Positions 18,026-26,701 of a stretch of 64,000 nucleotides of DNA are shown here, piece after piece. A program made the position numbers and the translations under genes. Below the pieces are notes generated by a model. It did no database searches. It had not been told where the DNA came from and worked only from the letters and a program-made list of their open reading frames with translations. Origin of the DNA: Candidatus Omnitrophota bacterium (GTDB taxonomy: Bacteria > Omnitrophota > Gorgyraeia > JAHJTE01). The stretch lies in contig JAHJTE010000001.1 in assembly GCA_018830005.1 (NCBI GenBank), positions 65,332 to 129,331 on the forward strand, given 5' to 3'. Each line of letters begins with the position of its first letter. The first letter of the stretch is position 1.

Positions 18026-18302
18026 AAATTTTGCGATTGCAGACAGGCAGATTTTCGGGCTAGTTTTTAAATTAGGAGCAAAAAGAATAGTTTTACTTAA
18101 GGCGAAGAAGGGCTATATAATGTGCGGCTATCTTAATTTGGCTGCAGCAGAAAAATTCGACGATGCTGCATGTATTGTTAAGGGGGTTAAAACTATCAAG
18201 GATTTGCTCAAAGCAAAAATTGTATTTGCGACTAAACGTGCGCGTAAACTTGGCGTTTATCCTGATATGAAGGCAAGTGAAGCCATCTTAAAATTAAGTT
18301 AG
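17970..18302 (+). CDS. DUF1805/YunC-like small protein
   Basis: About 110 aa, GYIMCGYLNLAAAEK...VKGVKTIKDLL. The start is uncertain because it overlaps the 3' end of the PAC2 gene in another frame. Confidence 0.35.
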   Translation: MKIDFWICSKTGKGRVISKNFAIADRQIFGLVFKLGAKRIVLLKAKKGYIMCGYLNLAAAEKFDDAACIVKGVKTIKDLLKAKIVFATKRARKLGVYPDMKASEAILKLS

Positions 18303-18318
18303 ATAATTTTTTAAAAAT

Positions 18319-18957
18319 ATGAAGTATAAATTGATTATAGTAGATTTAGGCAATGTCTTAATAAATTTCAATCATTGGATTGCTGCAAATAAATTATTAA
18401 AATACAGCTCAAAGAGTCTCGATGCAATTCATACCTTGTTTTTCGATTCTCCCACCTTGAAAGATTTTGAAGAAGGCAAAATGACTCCCGAGGATTTTTT
18501 CTTGGCAGTGAAAGAAGATTTAGGGTTAGATATAGACTATGAACGCTTCCTGCCAATATGGAATGATATATTCTATCTTACTCCGGATAATCTTGCAGTC
18601 CACAAGCTCCTCTCTACGTTGAAAACGCAATATAAAATAGTCCTACTTTCAAATATAAACCAGCTGCACTTCGAATATCTGCAGAATAATTTTAATATCT
18701 TTGATCCTTTTAATAGGTTAGTACTTTCCTATAAGATAGGCTTAAGAAAACCCGCTCCTGAAATTTATCGACATGCCCTTGATTTGTTTTCAGTAAGACC
18801 TGAGCAGGCATTCTATATAGATGACAGAGATGATCTAATTGCTGCGGCAAAACTACTTTCCATTCCCGCAGTTGTCTTTAAGTCATTCCCACCTCTTATG
18901 AGCGCACTGCACGATGCAGGAATCATAAAACAAGAAAAAAAGGCGCTCCCCGCATAA
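18319..18957 (+). CDS. HAD-superfamily hydrolase (subfamily IA-like)
   Basis: Motif I region IVDLGNVLI, motif II LLSNIN and a C-terminal DD-containing motif. 212 aa. Confidence 0.65.
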   Translation: MKYKLIIVDLGNVLINFNHWIAANKLLKYSSKSLDAIHTLFFDSPTLKDFEEGKMTPEDFFLAVKEDLGLDIDYERFLPIWNDIFYLTPDNLAVHKLLSTLKTQYKIVLLSNINQLHFEYLQNNFNIFDPFNRLVLSYKIGLRKPAPEIYRHALDLFSVRPEQAFYIDDRDDLIAAAKLLSIPAVVFKSFPPLMSALHDAGIIKQEKKALPA

Positions 18958-19036
18958 TTTATTTCTTTATTTGTTAAGTTTAATAAAAAAAATAATCTAC
19001 ACAATCAATTTTTTTTCAAAAAATCACAAATATAAC

Positions 19037-19065
19037 TTGACAGGTGTTATAAAAACGTATAAAAT
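19037..19065 (+). promoter_or_regulatory. sigma70 promoter of the ATP-grasp/kamA operon
   Basis: TTGACA (19037-42), a 17 nt spacer, then TAAAAT (19060-65), inside a 230 bp AT-rich intergenic region. Confidence 0.45.
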
Positions 19066-19155
19066 TTTTTTATAAGCAAAATTTAATTTTTTGAGAAAAA
19101 TAATTTAAATTGAAAAAAATAAATAATGTTAGGATTGTAAATTTCCGTCGCAGGA

Positions 19156-19206
19156 AAGGATAGCCCTTTAAGGTTTTAATAAGGCGTGCTATCCTTTTTT
19201 ATTTTT
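19156..19206 (+). terminator. terminator-like hairpin in the 5' leader (candidate attenuator)
   Basis: Perfect 9 bp stem AAGGATAGC/GCTATCCTT with a 23 nt loop, followed by TTTTTTATTTTT. It sits between the promoter and the start codon at 19213 and overlaps the alternative GTG start at 19186. Confidence 0.35.
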
Positions 19207-19212
19207 CAAGAT

Positions 19213-20217
19213 ATGAGAAATAATAACAACCACAAAACAATCGGACTTACCTTTGATCTGAAGGAAGATTATAGATTAAAGAAAGGCGATCCAGTAGATA
19301 GATATGCCGAGTTTGATGTAAAGGCAACCATTGATATAGTAAAAAAGGCGATTGAAGATAATGGCCACAAGGTTTTACCACTAGGTGATATAAAATCGCT
19401 TTTGAATTTAAGAGGAAGGCCGCAAGTAGATATTGTCTTTAACCTTGCTGAAGGTGAACTAGGAAGGAATCGCGAATCCCAAGTGCCAATGTTTTTAGAA
19501 TTTTTGCAACTTCCTTTTGTAGGAGGGGATGCCTTAACATTGGGAATTAGCTTAGATAAGATCATGACAAAAAAAATTTTTATTGCCGAGGGTATCCCAA
19601 CCCCTGCTTTTTTTCAGGCAAATAATGCCTCTGATTTAGGAACCATGAAGTTAAAGTATCCCTTAATTGTTAAACCACGCTTTGAAGGTTCTTCAAAAGG
19701 AGTAAATCAGGAGTCTCTAATATATGATTTTTCAAATTTAAAGAAGCGGGTTAAATGGCTCATAGAGACATATCAACAGTCAGCATTAATTGAAGAATTT
19801 ATAATGGGCAAGGAGTTCACTGTTCCGATAATCGGTAACGATAAACCTACTGTCTATTGTCCTGTGCAGATTAAGATAGATGGAAAACTAAAATTAGGTG
19901 ATTTATTTTACACTTTTGAGCGCATAACTTCTGATAAATTGGAATATATTTATCCTGCAAAGATTAACAAGGCCTTGACTGAGCGGATTCGCAAATTAGC
20001 ACTTGCAGCCTATCAGGCCGTGGAATGTCGTGATTTCGGCAGGGTCGATTTTAGGGTAAATGAAAAAAATGAAATTTTTGTGCTTGAGGTTAATCCCCTG
20101 CCTTCTTTATCTACGGATGATGTATTTATGAAGATAGCTGAATATGATGGTTTAAAATTTTCCGACGTAATTGGAGAAATTCTAAGGAGTGCATTCAAAA
20201 GGTATAATTGGAATTAA
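19213..20217 (+). CDS. D-alanine--D-alanine ligase family ATP-grasp enzyme
   Basis: Ddl-like N-domain (KTIGLTFDLKED...VLPLG) and ATP-grasp motifs (LIVKPRFEGSSKGV, EEFIMGKEFTVP, GRVDFRV..EVNPLP). No SD precedes the ATG. Confidence 0.7.
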   Translation: MRNNNNHKTIGLTFDLKEDYRLKKGDPVDRYAEFDVKATIDIVKKAIEDNGHKVLPLGDIKSLLNLRGRPQVDIVFNLAEGELGRNRESQVPMFLEFLQLPFVGGDALTLGISLDKIMTKKIFIAEGIPTPAFFQANNASDLGTMKLKYPLIVKPRFEGSSKGVNQESLIYDFSNLKKRVKWLIETYQQSALIEEFIMGKEFTVPIIGNDKPTVYCPVQIKIDGKLKLGDLFYTFERITSDKLEYIYPAKINKALTERIRKLALAAYQAVECRDFGRVDFRVNEKNEIFVLEVNPLPSLSTDDVFMKIAEYDGLKFSDVIGEILRSAFKRYNWN

Positions 20218-20235
20218 AAAACTAAAGAGGATACA

Positions 20236-21426
20236 TTGCCCTCAACAACAGAACAAAATATAAAGACAAAGGATGCATCTCAACTGGAGAAGCAGGCGCC
20301 TCCTACTTTCCGTAAAGGCAGCACTGATTATCACCGCTTTGAGATTTATAAGGATGTAGATGCAGAGTTGTGGGAAGATTGGCATTGGCAGATAAAGAAC
20401 CGAATTTATACCAAGGAGCAGCTATCTTGCTTTATAACATTGACACCGCAAGAAGAAGAGGGTATTAGGCGTTCTGACGGGCGTCTTGCCATGGCGATTA
20501 CGCCTTATTGGGCGAATCTGATGGATCCTGTGGATGTTAATTGCCCTATTCGTAAACAAGGCGTACCCTTGGCTGCAGAGTTTAAGAAATATCTTCACGA
20601 AATGATTGATCCTTGCGCTGAAGATAGAGATTCTCCTGTGCCAGGATTAGTGCATCGCTATCCAGATAGAGTGTTGTTTATTGCTACTGAACAGTGCGCC
20701 ATGTATTGTCGCCACTGTACGCGTCGGAGATTGGTAGGCAATAAATCAGTTAGTGTTTATACTAAAAGAATAGATGCTGCAGTCGAGTATATAAAATCTA
20801 ACAAGAAGATTCGTGATTGTCTGATCTCGGGCGGTGACCCTTTTATGCTTGAAGACAATCAATTAGAAGAGATACTTAAAAAATTTAGTTCATTAGACAA
20901 TATTGAATTTTTGCGCCTCGGCACGCGCGTTCCGGTTACCATGCCCATGCGCATAACCGATAATCTCATAGCCTTGTTGAAGAAATATAAGCCGCTATGG
21001 ATTAGTATTCATTTCAATCATCCTAAAGAGATTACAGCAAGGACGCAAAAGGCAATCAATTTATTAGCAGATAGCGGTATTCCTTTAGGTAGCCAGACAG
21101 TATTGTTAAAAGGCATAAATGATCGCCCCTTTATTATGAAGAAATTAATGCATAAACTTCTTACCCTGCGAGTGCGGCCATATTATATCTATCAGTGCGA
21201 TCCGGCAAAAGGTACGACACATTTTCGCACCCCAATTGCTGCTGGAATAAGTATTATTGAGAAGTTAAGAGGTCATACCTCTGGTTATGCAGTGCCAATA
21301 TATGTAATAGATGCACCGGGTGGTGGAGGCAAGATACCCTTGGGCCCGAATTATTTAATATCACAATCTAAGGGGAAATACGTATTGCGGAACTTCAGGG
21401 GTAAGATCTATAAGTATATAGAGTAA
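20236..21426 (+). CDS. kamA: L-lysine 2,3-aminomutase (radical SAM, PLP-dependent)
   Basis: CAMYCRHCTRRR radical-SAM motif. Lysine-binding Asp residues are retained (YIYQCD and VIDAPGGGGK). Collinear by eye with Clostridium subterminale KamA, matching the radical-SAM Cys motif and both lysine-binding Asp positions. TTG start with an AAAGAGGA SD. Lacks the roughly 60 aa clostridial C-terminal tail. Confidence 0.85.
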   Translation: MPSTTEQNIKTKDASQLEKQAPPTFRKGSTDYHRFEIYKDVDAELWEDWHWQIKNRIYTKEQLSCFITLTPQEEEGIRRSDGRLAMAITPYWANLMDPVDVNCPIRKQGVPLAAEFKKYLHEMIDPCAEDRDSPVPGLVHRYPDRVLFIATEQCAMYCRHCTRRRLVGNKSVSVYTKRIDAAVEYIKSNKKIRDCLISGGDPFMLEDNQLEEILKKFSSLDNIEFLRLGTRVPVTMPMRITDNLIALLKKYKPLWISIHFNHPKEITARTQKAINLLADSGIPLGSQTVLLKGINDRPFIMKKLMHKLLTLRVRPYYIYQCDPAKGTTHFRTPIAAGISIIEKLRGHTSGYAVPIYVIDAPGGGGKIPLGPNYLISQSKGKYVLRNFRGKIYKYIE

Positions 21427-21452
21427 TTCTGAGAAATTAAGGAATTTTATTT

Positions 21453-21499
21453 GGAGGTTGGTGTCAGGCTTTAATTAGTTGACGCCAACCTCCTTTTTT
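21453..21499 (+). terminator. rho-independent terminator after kamA
   Basis: GGAGGTTGG...CCAACCTCC 9 bp GC-rich stem followed by TTTTTT. Confidence 0.7.
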
Positions 21500-21670
21500 A
21501 TTATAATATTGGCCTATATTACAGATTAATTGAACTCAGAACTTAGAGCGTGAAGTTTACACTCACCAATCTAGCTGCTAACTAATAGATAACTTATGGC
21601 ATCTTTTTAGAGTCTTCGCCCTAGACGGACAGCCCTATACAATCTTCTTAAGATTACGGAGGTATTTAAT

Positions 21671-23629
21671 ATGGAAGGTTTTGATCCTAAGATGGTGCGA
21701 AGCATTGCCTTGGTTTCACATGCCCAGGCGGGGAAGACCTCTCTGGCAGAAAGTTTATTGTTTGTTACTGGAGCCACTTCCCGCTTAGGTAAGCCGGAAG
21801 AGGGCAATACGTTAAGTGATTACAATCATGACGAAATCGAAAGAAAGATCTCGATTAATTCCAGCATTATAAATTGTTCTTATAATGGCCACTTTATTCA
21901 TATTATCGATACCCCGGGCTATGCAGATTTTATAGGCGAAGTTTACTCAAGCCTGCCCGCTGTAGACGCCGGCATTGTGGTTATAGATGCGGCTCAAGGC
22001 ATTGAGGTTGGAACTGAAAGGGTATGGGCGCTTTTAGAGGAAGCCAGCCTGGCGCGGATAATTTTTGTAAACAAGACAGATAAGGAAGATGTTAACGCAG
22101 AGGAGCTTTTAGGAAACATAAAAGAAGGTCTTTCAAAAAAAATAATCGTTGTTGGTAAAGAGTTTGATGAAGTAGCGATTGAGTCAATTGCCGAGACTGA
22201 TGATGCCTTGCTGGAGAAATATCTAGAGCAGGGGTCTTTGAGTCAAGAGGAATTGCTTCCTGCATTACATAAGGCTACTTCAAAATGTGAGCTTTTTCCC
22301 TTGGTTTTCGGCAGCGTACATAAACAAGAGGGAATAGGAGAGCTTCTTGAGGCAATCATAAAGTATCTTCCCTCTCCACTTGAACGTCCCCCACTCAAGG
22401 TTATCGATTCTAAGACCAAAGAGGAAAAAGAGATCACTTCTTTTGATTCTGATTCTTTGAGCGCACAAGTTTTTAAATCAATATCTGATCCTTACGTTGG
22501 TCAACTTTCCATATTGAGGATATTTTCTGGAACACTTTCTTCCAACGGTTCATTTTATAATGTCACTAAGGATGTGTGGGAAAGATTTGGCCAGATCCAT
22601 TCGCTTCAAGGTAAGAATCAAAAACCGATACCGACTGCTAGTTGCGGCGATATCATAGCTATTGCTAAATTAAAATCAACCAAAACCGGCGATACCATAA
22701 CTGATGGAGCAGGAGATTTTCTCTTCAAGCCTATACAATTTCCCGAGCCAGCCATATCTTCTTCTATAAGGCCAAAATCACGCGCTGACGAGGGGAAGAT
22801 TTCTGTTGCACTTTCTAAATTGACTGCGGAAGATCCTACTTTCAAAATAAGCCTTGATCAACAGACAAAAGAACTTATTATATCCGGGGTTGGAGATTTG
22901 CATCTTGATGTTATGGTTGCCCGTATGCGCCAACGCTTCCATGTTGATGTTGAAATGGGTACACCAAAGGTTGCCTATAAAGAGACAATAAGCAAAACAG
23001 TAAAGATTCAGGCTAAATATAAGAAGCAATCTGGCGGCAGAGGTCAATATGGAGATGTCTGGCTAGAGTTGCAACCTCTGCCTCAGGGTGAGAATTTTGA
23101 GTTTGTGGATAAAGTCTTTGGTGGAGCAATCCCCAAAAATTTTATACCTTCTGTGGAAAAAGGTGTGCTGCAGGCCTGTAGAGAAGGTGCAATTGCTGGA
23201 TATCCGATAGTAGATATTAAGGTCATTCTTTATGATGGTTCTTATCATAATGTCGATTCTTCGGATATGGCATTTCAGATTGCAGGCGCAATGGCCTTAC
23301 GCAAGGGAGTTTTAGAGGCAGCGCCTAAATTACTTGAGCCGATTATGGACGTAGAGATAGTGATTCCTGATGACTATACAGGGCAGATTTCAGGAGACCT
23401 GAATTCTCGCCGCGGAAGGATTATGGGCATTGAGACTGTTGGCAAAAAACAGAAGATTAAGGCACAGGTGCCTCTTTCAGAGATGTTCAAGTATGCCAAT
23501 GACTTACGATCTATAACTGCTGATAGAGGTGCCTATAGTATGCGTTTTTCTCATTACGAAGACACTCCCCAGAAGGTTTTGCAGGGAATAGTTGCAGCTG
23601 CAAAGCAAGATAAAGAAGAAAAGAAATAA
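21671..23629 (+). CDS. elongation factor G paralog (EF-G-like translational GTPase) with an atypical switch II
   Basis: G1 is SHAQAGKTS, G3 is DTPGYADF (Tyr where the catalytic His sits in EF-G, Tet(M), RF3 and LepA), G4 is NKTD. Domains II-V are recognisable. SD is ACGGAGGT. Confidence 0.8.
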   Translation: MEGFDPKMVRSIALVSHAQAGKTSLAESLLFVTGATSRLGKPEEGNTLSDYNHDEIERKISINSSIINCSYNGHFIHIIDTPGYADFIGEVYSSLPAVDAGIVVIDAAQGIEVGTERVWALLEEASLARIIFVNKTDKEDVNAEELLGNIKEGLSKKIIVVGKEFDEVAIESIAETDDALLEKYLEQGSLSQEELLPALHKATSKCELFPLVFGSVHKQEGIGELLEAIIKYLPSPLERPPLKVIDSKTKEEKEITSFDSDSLSAQVFKSISDPYVGQLSILRIFSGTLSSNGSFYNVTKDVWERFGQIHSLQGKNQKPIPTASCGDIIAIAKLKSTKTGDTITDGAGDFLFKPIQFPEPAISSSIRPKSRADEGKISVALSKLTAEDPTFKISLDQQTKELIISGVGDLHLDVMVARMRQRFHVDVEMGTPKVAYKETISKTVKIQAKYKKQSGGRGQYGDVWLELQPLPQGENFEFVDKVFGGAIPKNFIPSVEKGVLQACREGAIAGYPIVDIKVILYDGSYHNVDSSDMAFQIAGAMALRKGVLEAAPKLLEPIMDVEIVIPDDYTGQISGDLNSRRGRIMGIETVGKKQKIKAQVPLSEMFKYANDLRSITADRGAYSMRFSHYEDTPQKVLQGIVAAAKQDKEEKK

Positions 23630-23691
23630 ACTGATTCACCCGAATAATCCGGCAGCCTCGAGATTATAGGGTCATTAAAAGGAGCTTTGCT

Positions 23692-25254
23692 ATGGTAAAG
23701 GTAAAAAGGGCATTGATTAGCGTTTCTGACAAAACCGGAATTGTGGAATTTGCTAAGGGATTGAAGGAGTTGGGTACTGAGATTATTTCTACTGGCGGCA
23801 CAGCAGCGCTCCTAAAGAATAGTGGGATTGACGTTATAGAGGTGGGAGATTATACTGGTTTTCCTGAAATGCTCAATGGCAGGGTTAAGACATTGCATCC
23901 TAAAATCCACGCCGGATTGTTGGCATTACGTAATAATCAAGAGCATCTTGAAAGTTTGCATCAGCATAAGATCGGCCTTATAGATATGGTAGTTGTTAAC
24001 CTTTATCCTTTTGAGCAGACAATAAAGAAAAAAGATATTGAACTCGCTGAGGCTATAGAGAATATTGATATTGGTGGACCTTCGATGTTACGCTCTGCTG
24101 CAAAGAATTATAATAGTGTGGCTGTAGTTTGCAATCCGGCGCGCTATAATTCAATACTTGAGGAGATGAAGCGTCAGAATTGCCTTATCAGCGATAATAC
24201 CTTGGCGCAGTTAGGGCTCGAGGTGTTTGAATTAACCAGCCACTACGACAGCGCTATTCATAAATACTTAAAAGGCACATTGGCAACAGTGCCAATATTT
24301 GATGAGACCTTTCCTTTTACGCTCAATCATTCATTTGAAAAGGTGCAGGATTTACGCTATGGCGAAAACCCACATCAGAAGGCAGCGCTATATCGACAGG
24401 AACAATTTCGCTGGGCAGATAATTTTAGACAGCTACATGGAAAAGAGCTATCATTTAATAACATCCTTGACTTGACAGCTGCTTTAGACATAGTGAAAGA
24501 ATTTAGCGGCCCGGCAGCTGTGGTGATAAAACATACTAATCCTTGCGGAGTTGCACAAGATAAAACCATAAGTGCTGCATATCTGGCAGCACATAAATGC
24601 GATCCACTTTCTGCATTTGGGGGCATTGTTGGGTTAAATAAAGATGTTGATACCAAGACTGCCCAATATATCAGCAAGAGCGGTTTTCTAGAATGCGTAA
24701 TTGCCCCTAGTTTTAGTAAAAAGGCACAGGAGATATTAAAGCAAAAGAAGAATCTTCGCCTTATAGAAGTTCCAGATCTATTGAGAGAATACGAAGATAA
24801 TTTTGACATGAGAAAGGTTATCGGCGGTCTCCTTGTTCAGGAGATGGATAAGGAAAACCTGGATAAGGATTCTGTTAAAGTGGTCACTAAGAGAAAACCT
24901 ACCTCAAGCCAATTGCAATCTCTTTTGTTTGGCTGGAAGGCAATAAGACATACTAAATCTAACGCTATTATGTTGGTTAGGGGCACAAGGACAGTCGGCA
25001 TCGGCCCGGGTCAGACATCAAGGGTGGATGCAGTACATATTGCCATAAGAAAGGCAGGAAAACTAAAAAATGGCTCCTGTCTTATATCTGATGCATTCTT
25101 TCCTAAGCCCGATAGTATCAAATTAGCTGCAAAGGCCAAGATAAAGGCGATTATTCAGCCGGGCGGTTCCATTGCCGACGCAGATATTATAAAAGAAGCT
25201 GATAGATGCGGTATAGCTATGGTATTTACCGGCATACGTCACTTCAAGCACTAA
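23692..25254 (+). CDS. purH: bifunctional AICAR transformylase / IMP cyclohydrolase
   Basis: N-terminal MGS-like domain (RALISVSDKTG...ISTGGTA) plus the AICARFT domain. 520 aa. Confidence 0.9.
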   Translation: MVKVKRALISVSDKTGIVEFAKGLKELGTEIISTGGTAALLKNSGIDVIEVGDYTGFPEMLNGRVKTLHPKIHAGLLALRNNQEHLESLHQHKIGLIDMVVVNLYPFEQTIKKKDIELAEAIENIDIGGPSMLRSAAKNYNSVAVVCNPARYNSILEEMKRQNCLISDNTLAQLGLEVFELTSHYDSAIHKYLKGTLATVPIFDETFPFTLNHSFEKVQDLRYGENPHQKAALYRQEQFRWADNFRQLHGKELSFNNILDLTAALDIVKEFSGPAAVVIKHTNPCGVAQDKTISAAYLAAHKCDPLSAFGGIVGLNKDVDTKTAQYISKSGFLECVIAPSFSKKAQEILKQKKNLRLIEVPDLLREYEDNFDMRKVIGGLLVQEMDKENLDKDSVKVVTKRKPTSSQLQSLLFGWKAIRHTKSNAIMLVRGTRTVGIGPGQTSRVDAVHIAIRKAGKLKNGSCLISDAFFPKPDSIKLAAKAKIKAIIQPGGSIADADIIKEADRCGIAMVFTGIRHFKH

Positions 25255-25287
25255 TTCACTTAGCCTCTTAACTGGCTTAACCATAAG

Positions 25288-26679
25288 ATGACTTACCGAG
25301 GGGCTCTACAGTACCTTAATTCCTTGACCAATTATGAGAATATCCGTGAGTTTTCTACTGCCCCAGTTTTTAACATACATAAAATCACCACATTCTTAAA
25401 AAGCATCAATTCTCCCCAAAAGAATTTAAACGTCATCCATGTTGCCGGCAGCAACGGAAAAGGTTCCACATCTGCCTTTATTGCTTATATATTGCGAGAG
25501 GCTGGATTTTCAACCGGACTTTATACCTCTCCTCACTTAAGCGATATTAGAGAGCGCATTAGAATACTCTCGCCAGGGCATTCCCGGAATATAAAAAAAA
25601 GTGTATTTGAAGGCTTAATCTCAAAGAACGATTTTATAAAAATACTATCAATCTTAAGACCAAGACTAGAGAGGTTTAATAAGCACTCAAGCTATGGTTC
25701 TTTGACATTTTTTGAAGTCATTACGCTAATCGCTTTAATATATTTTAAAAGAAAAAAAACTGATTTTGTTGTTTTGGAAACAGGATTAGGTGGCAGGCTC
25801 GATGCAACCAATGTTATTCGCCCCTTGCTCTGCGTCATAACACCAATAAGCTATGAACACGAAGAGTTTTTAGGTAAGTCATTGAAGCAGATAGCAGCAG
25901 AAAAGGCCGGGATTATTAAGAAGAGAAAAAACTTGGTTACTATTAGTGCTTCTCAGCCTAGATGTGTAAGAGAGGTAATTAAAAATAGATGCAGGGATTT
26001 GGGCGTAGGATTAATACAGCTGGGTAAAGATAGCAGCTTTAAAAAAAATTACACCAATTCAGAAGGTCAATGCTTTAATCTTAAGACGCCCAGGAATTAC
26101 TACCGTAATCTTTCTATTAAAATGTTAGGGACTCACCAGTTAATAAATGCCTCTTGTGCGGTTTCAGCAATAGAAGAGCTAGGTAATTTTCACGTTAGGA
26201 TATCAGAGGATTCTATTCGCAGGGGCCTGACTGCTACCTCTTGGCCAGGCAGACTGGAATTGATTGCTGGCTCCCCTGAGATCTTACTCGATGGCGCACA
26301 CAATAAAGGCGCTATGGAAGCTTTAGTACACAGCTTAAGATTGAATTTTATTCATAGGCCTAAACATATAATATTAGGAATTTCCAAAGATAAGAATATA
26401 GCCGAGATAACAAAGGAGATTTCCAAGGTCGCAGATTCTATCACCGTGACACGTTCAAACAATGCCCGGGCCGCAGAGACTTCTTGTTTAGTCGAGAATT
26501 TAAAAAAGACAAGATCTAGGTATTGCCGAAAATTTTCCTTATCTGCTCGTGAAGATTTCAGGCAGGCACTTGATCTGGCAAAAAGGCGCGCTAAATCTAA
26601 TGAGCTTATTGTTGTTACCGGATCCATCTTTTTAATCGGGGACGTTAGAAGGCATCTTGAGCAAGCCAGAACTGTTTAA
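25288..26679 (+). CDS. folC: folylpolyglutamate synthase / dihydrofolate synthase
   Basis: Mur-ligase P-loop HVAGSNGKGST and FolC-type domain order. Confidence 0.8.
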   Translation: MTYRGALQYLNSLTNYENIREFSTAPVFNIHKITTFLKSINSPQKNLNVIHVAGSNGKGSTSAFIAYILREAGFSTGLYTSPHLSDIRERIRILSPGHSRNIKKSVFEGLISKNDFIKILSILRPRLERFNKHSSYGSLTFFEVITLIALIYFKRKKTDFVVLETGLGGRLDATNVIRPLLCVITPISYEHEEFLGKSLKQIAAEKAGIIKKRKNLVTISASQPRCVREVIKNRCRDLGVGLIQLGKDSSFKKNYTNSEGQCFNLKTPRNYYRNLSIKMLGTHQLINASCAVSAIEELGNFHVRISEDSIRRGLTATSWPGRLELIAGSPEILLDGAHNKGAMEALVHSLRLNFIHRPKHIILGISKDKNIAEITKEISKVADSITVTRSNNARAAETSCLVENLKKTRSRYCRKFSLSAREDFRQALDLAKRRAKSNELIVVTGSIFLIGDVRRHLEQARTV

Positions 26680-26701
26680 ATAAAACAGCCAATTTAATAT
26701 T

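Noticed and set aside
18958-19212. Possible lysine riboswitch (L-box) in the leader of the kamA operon
   Set aside because: The leader is only about 140 nt and AT-rich, and the conserved L-box helices are not recognisable. Kept only as a generic attenuator hypothesis.
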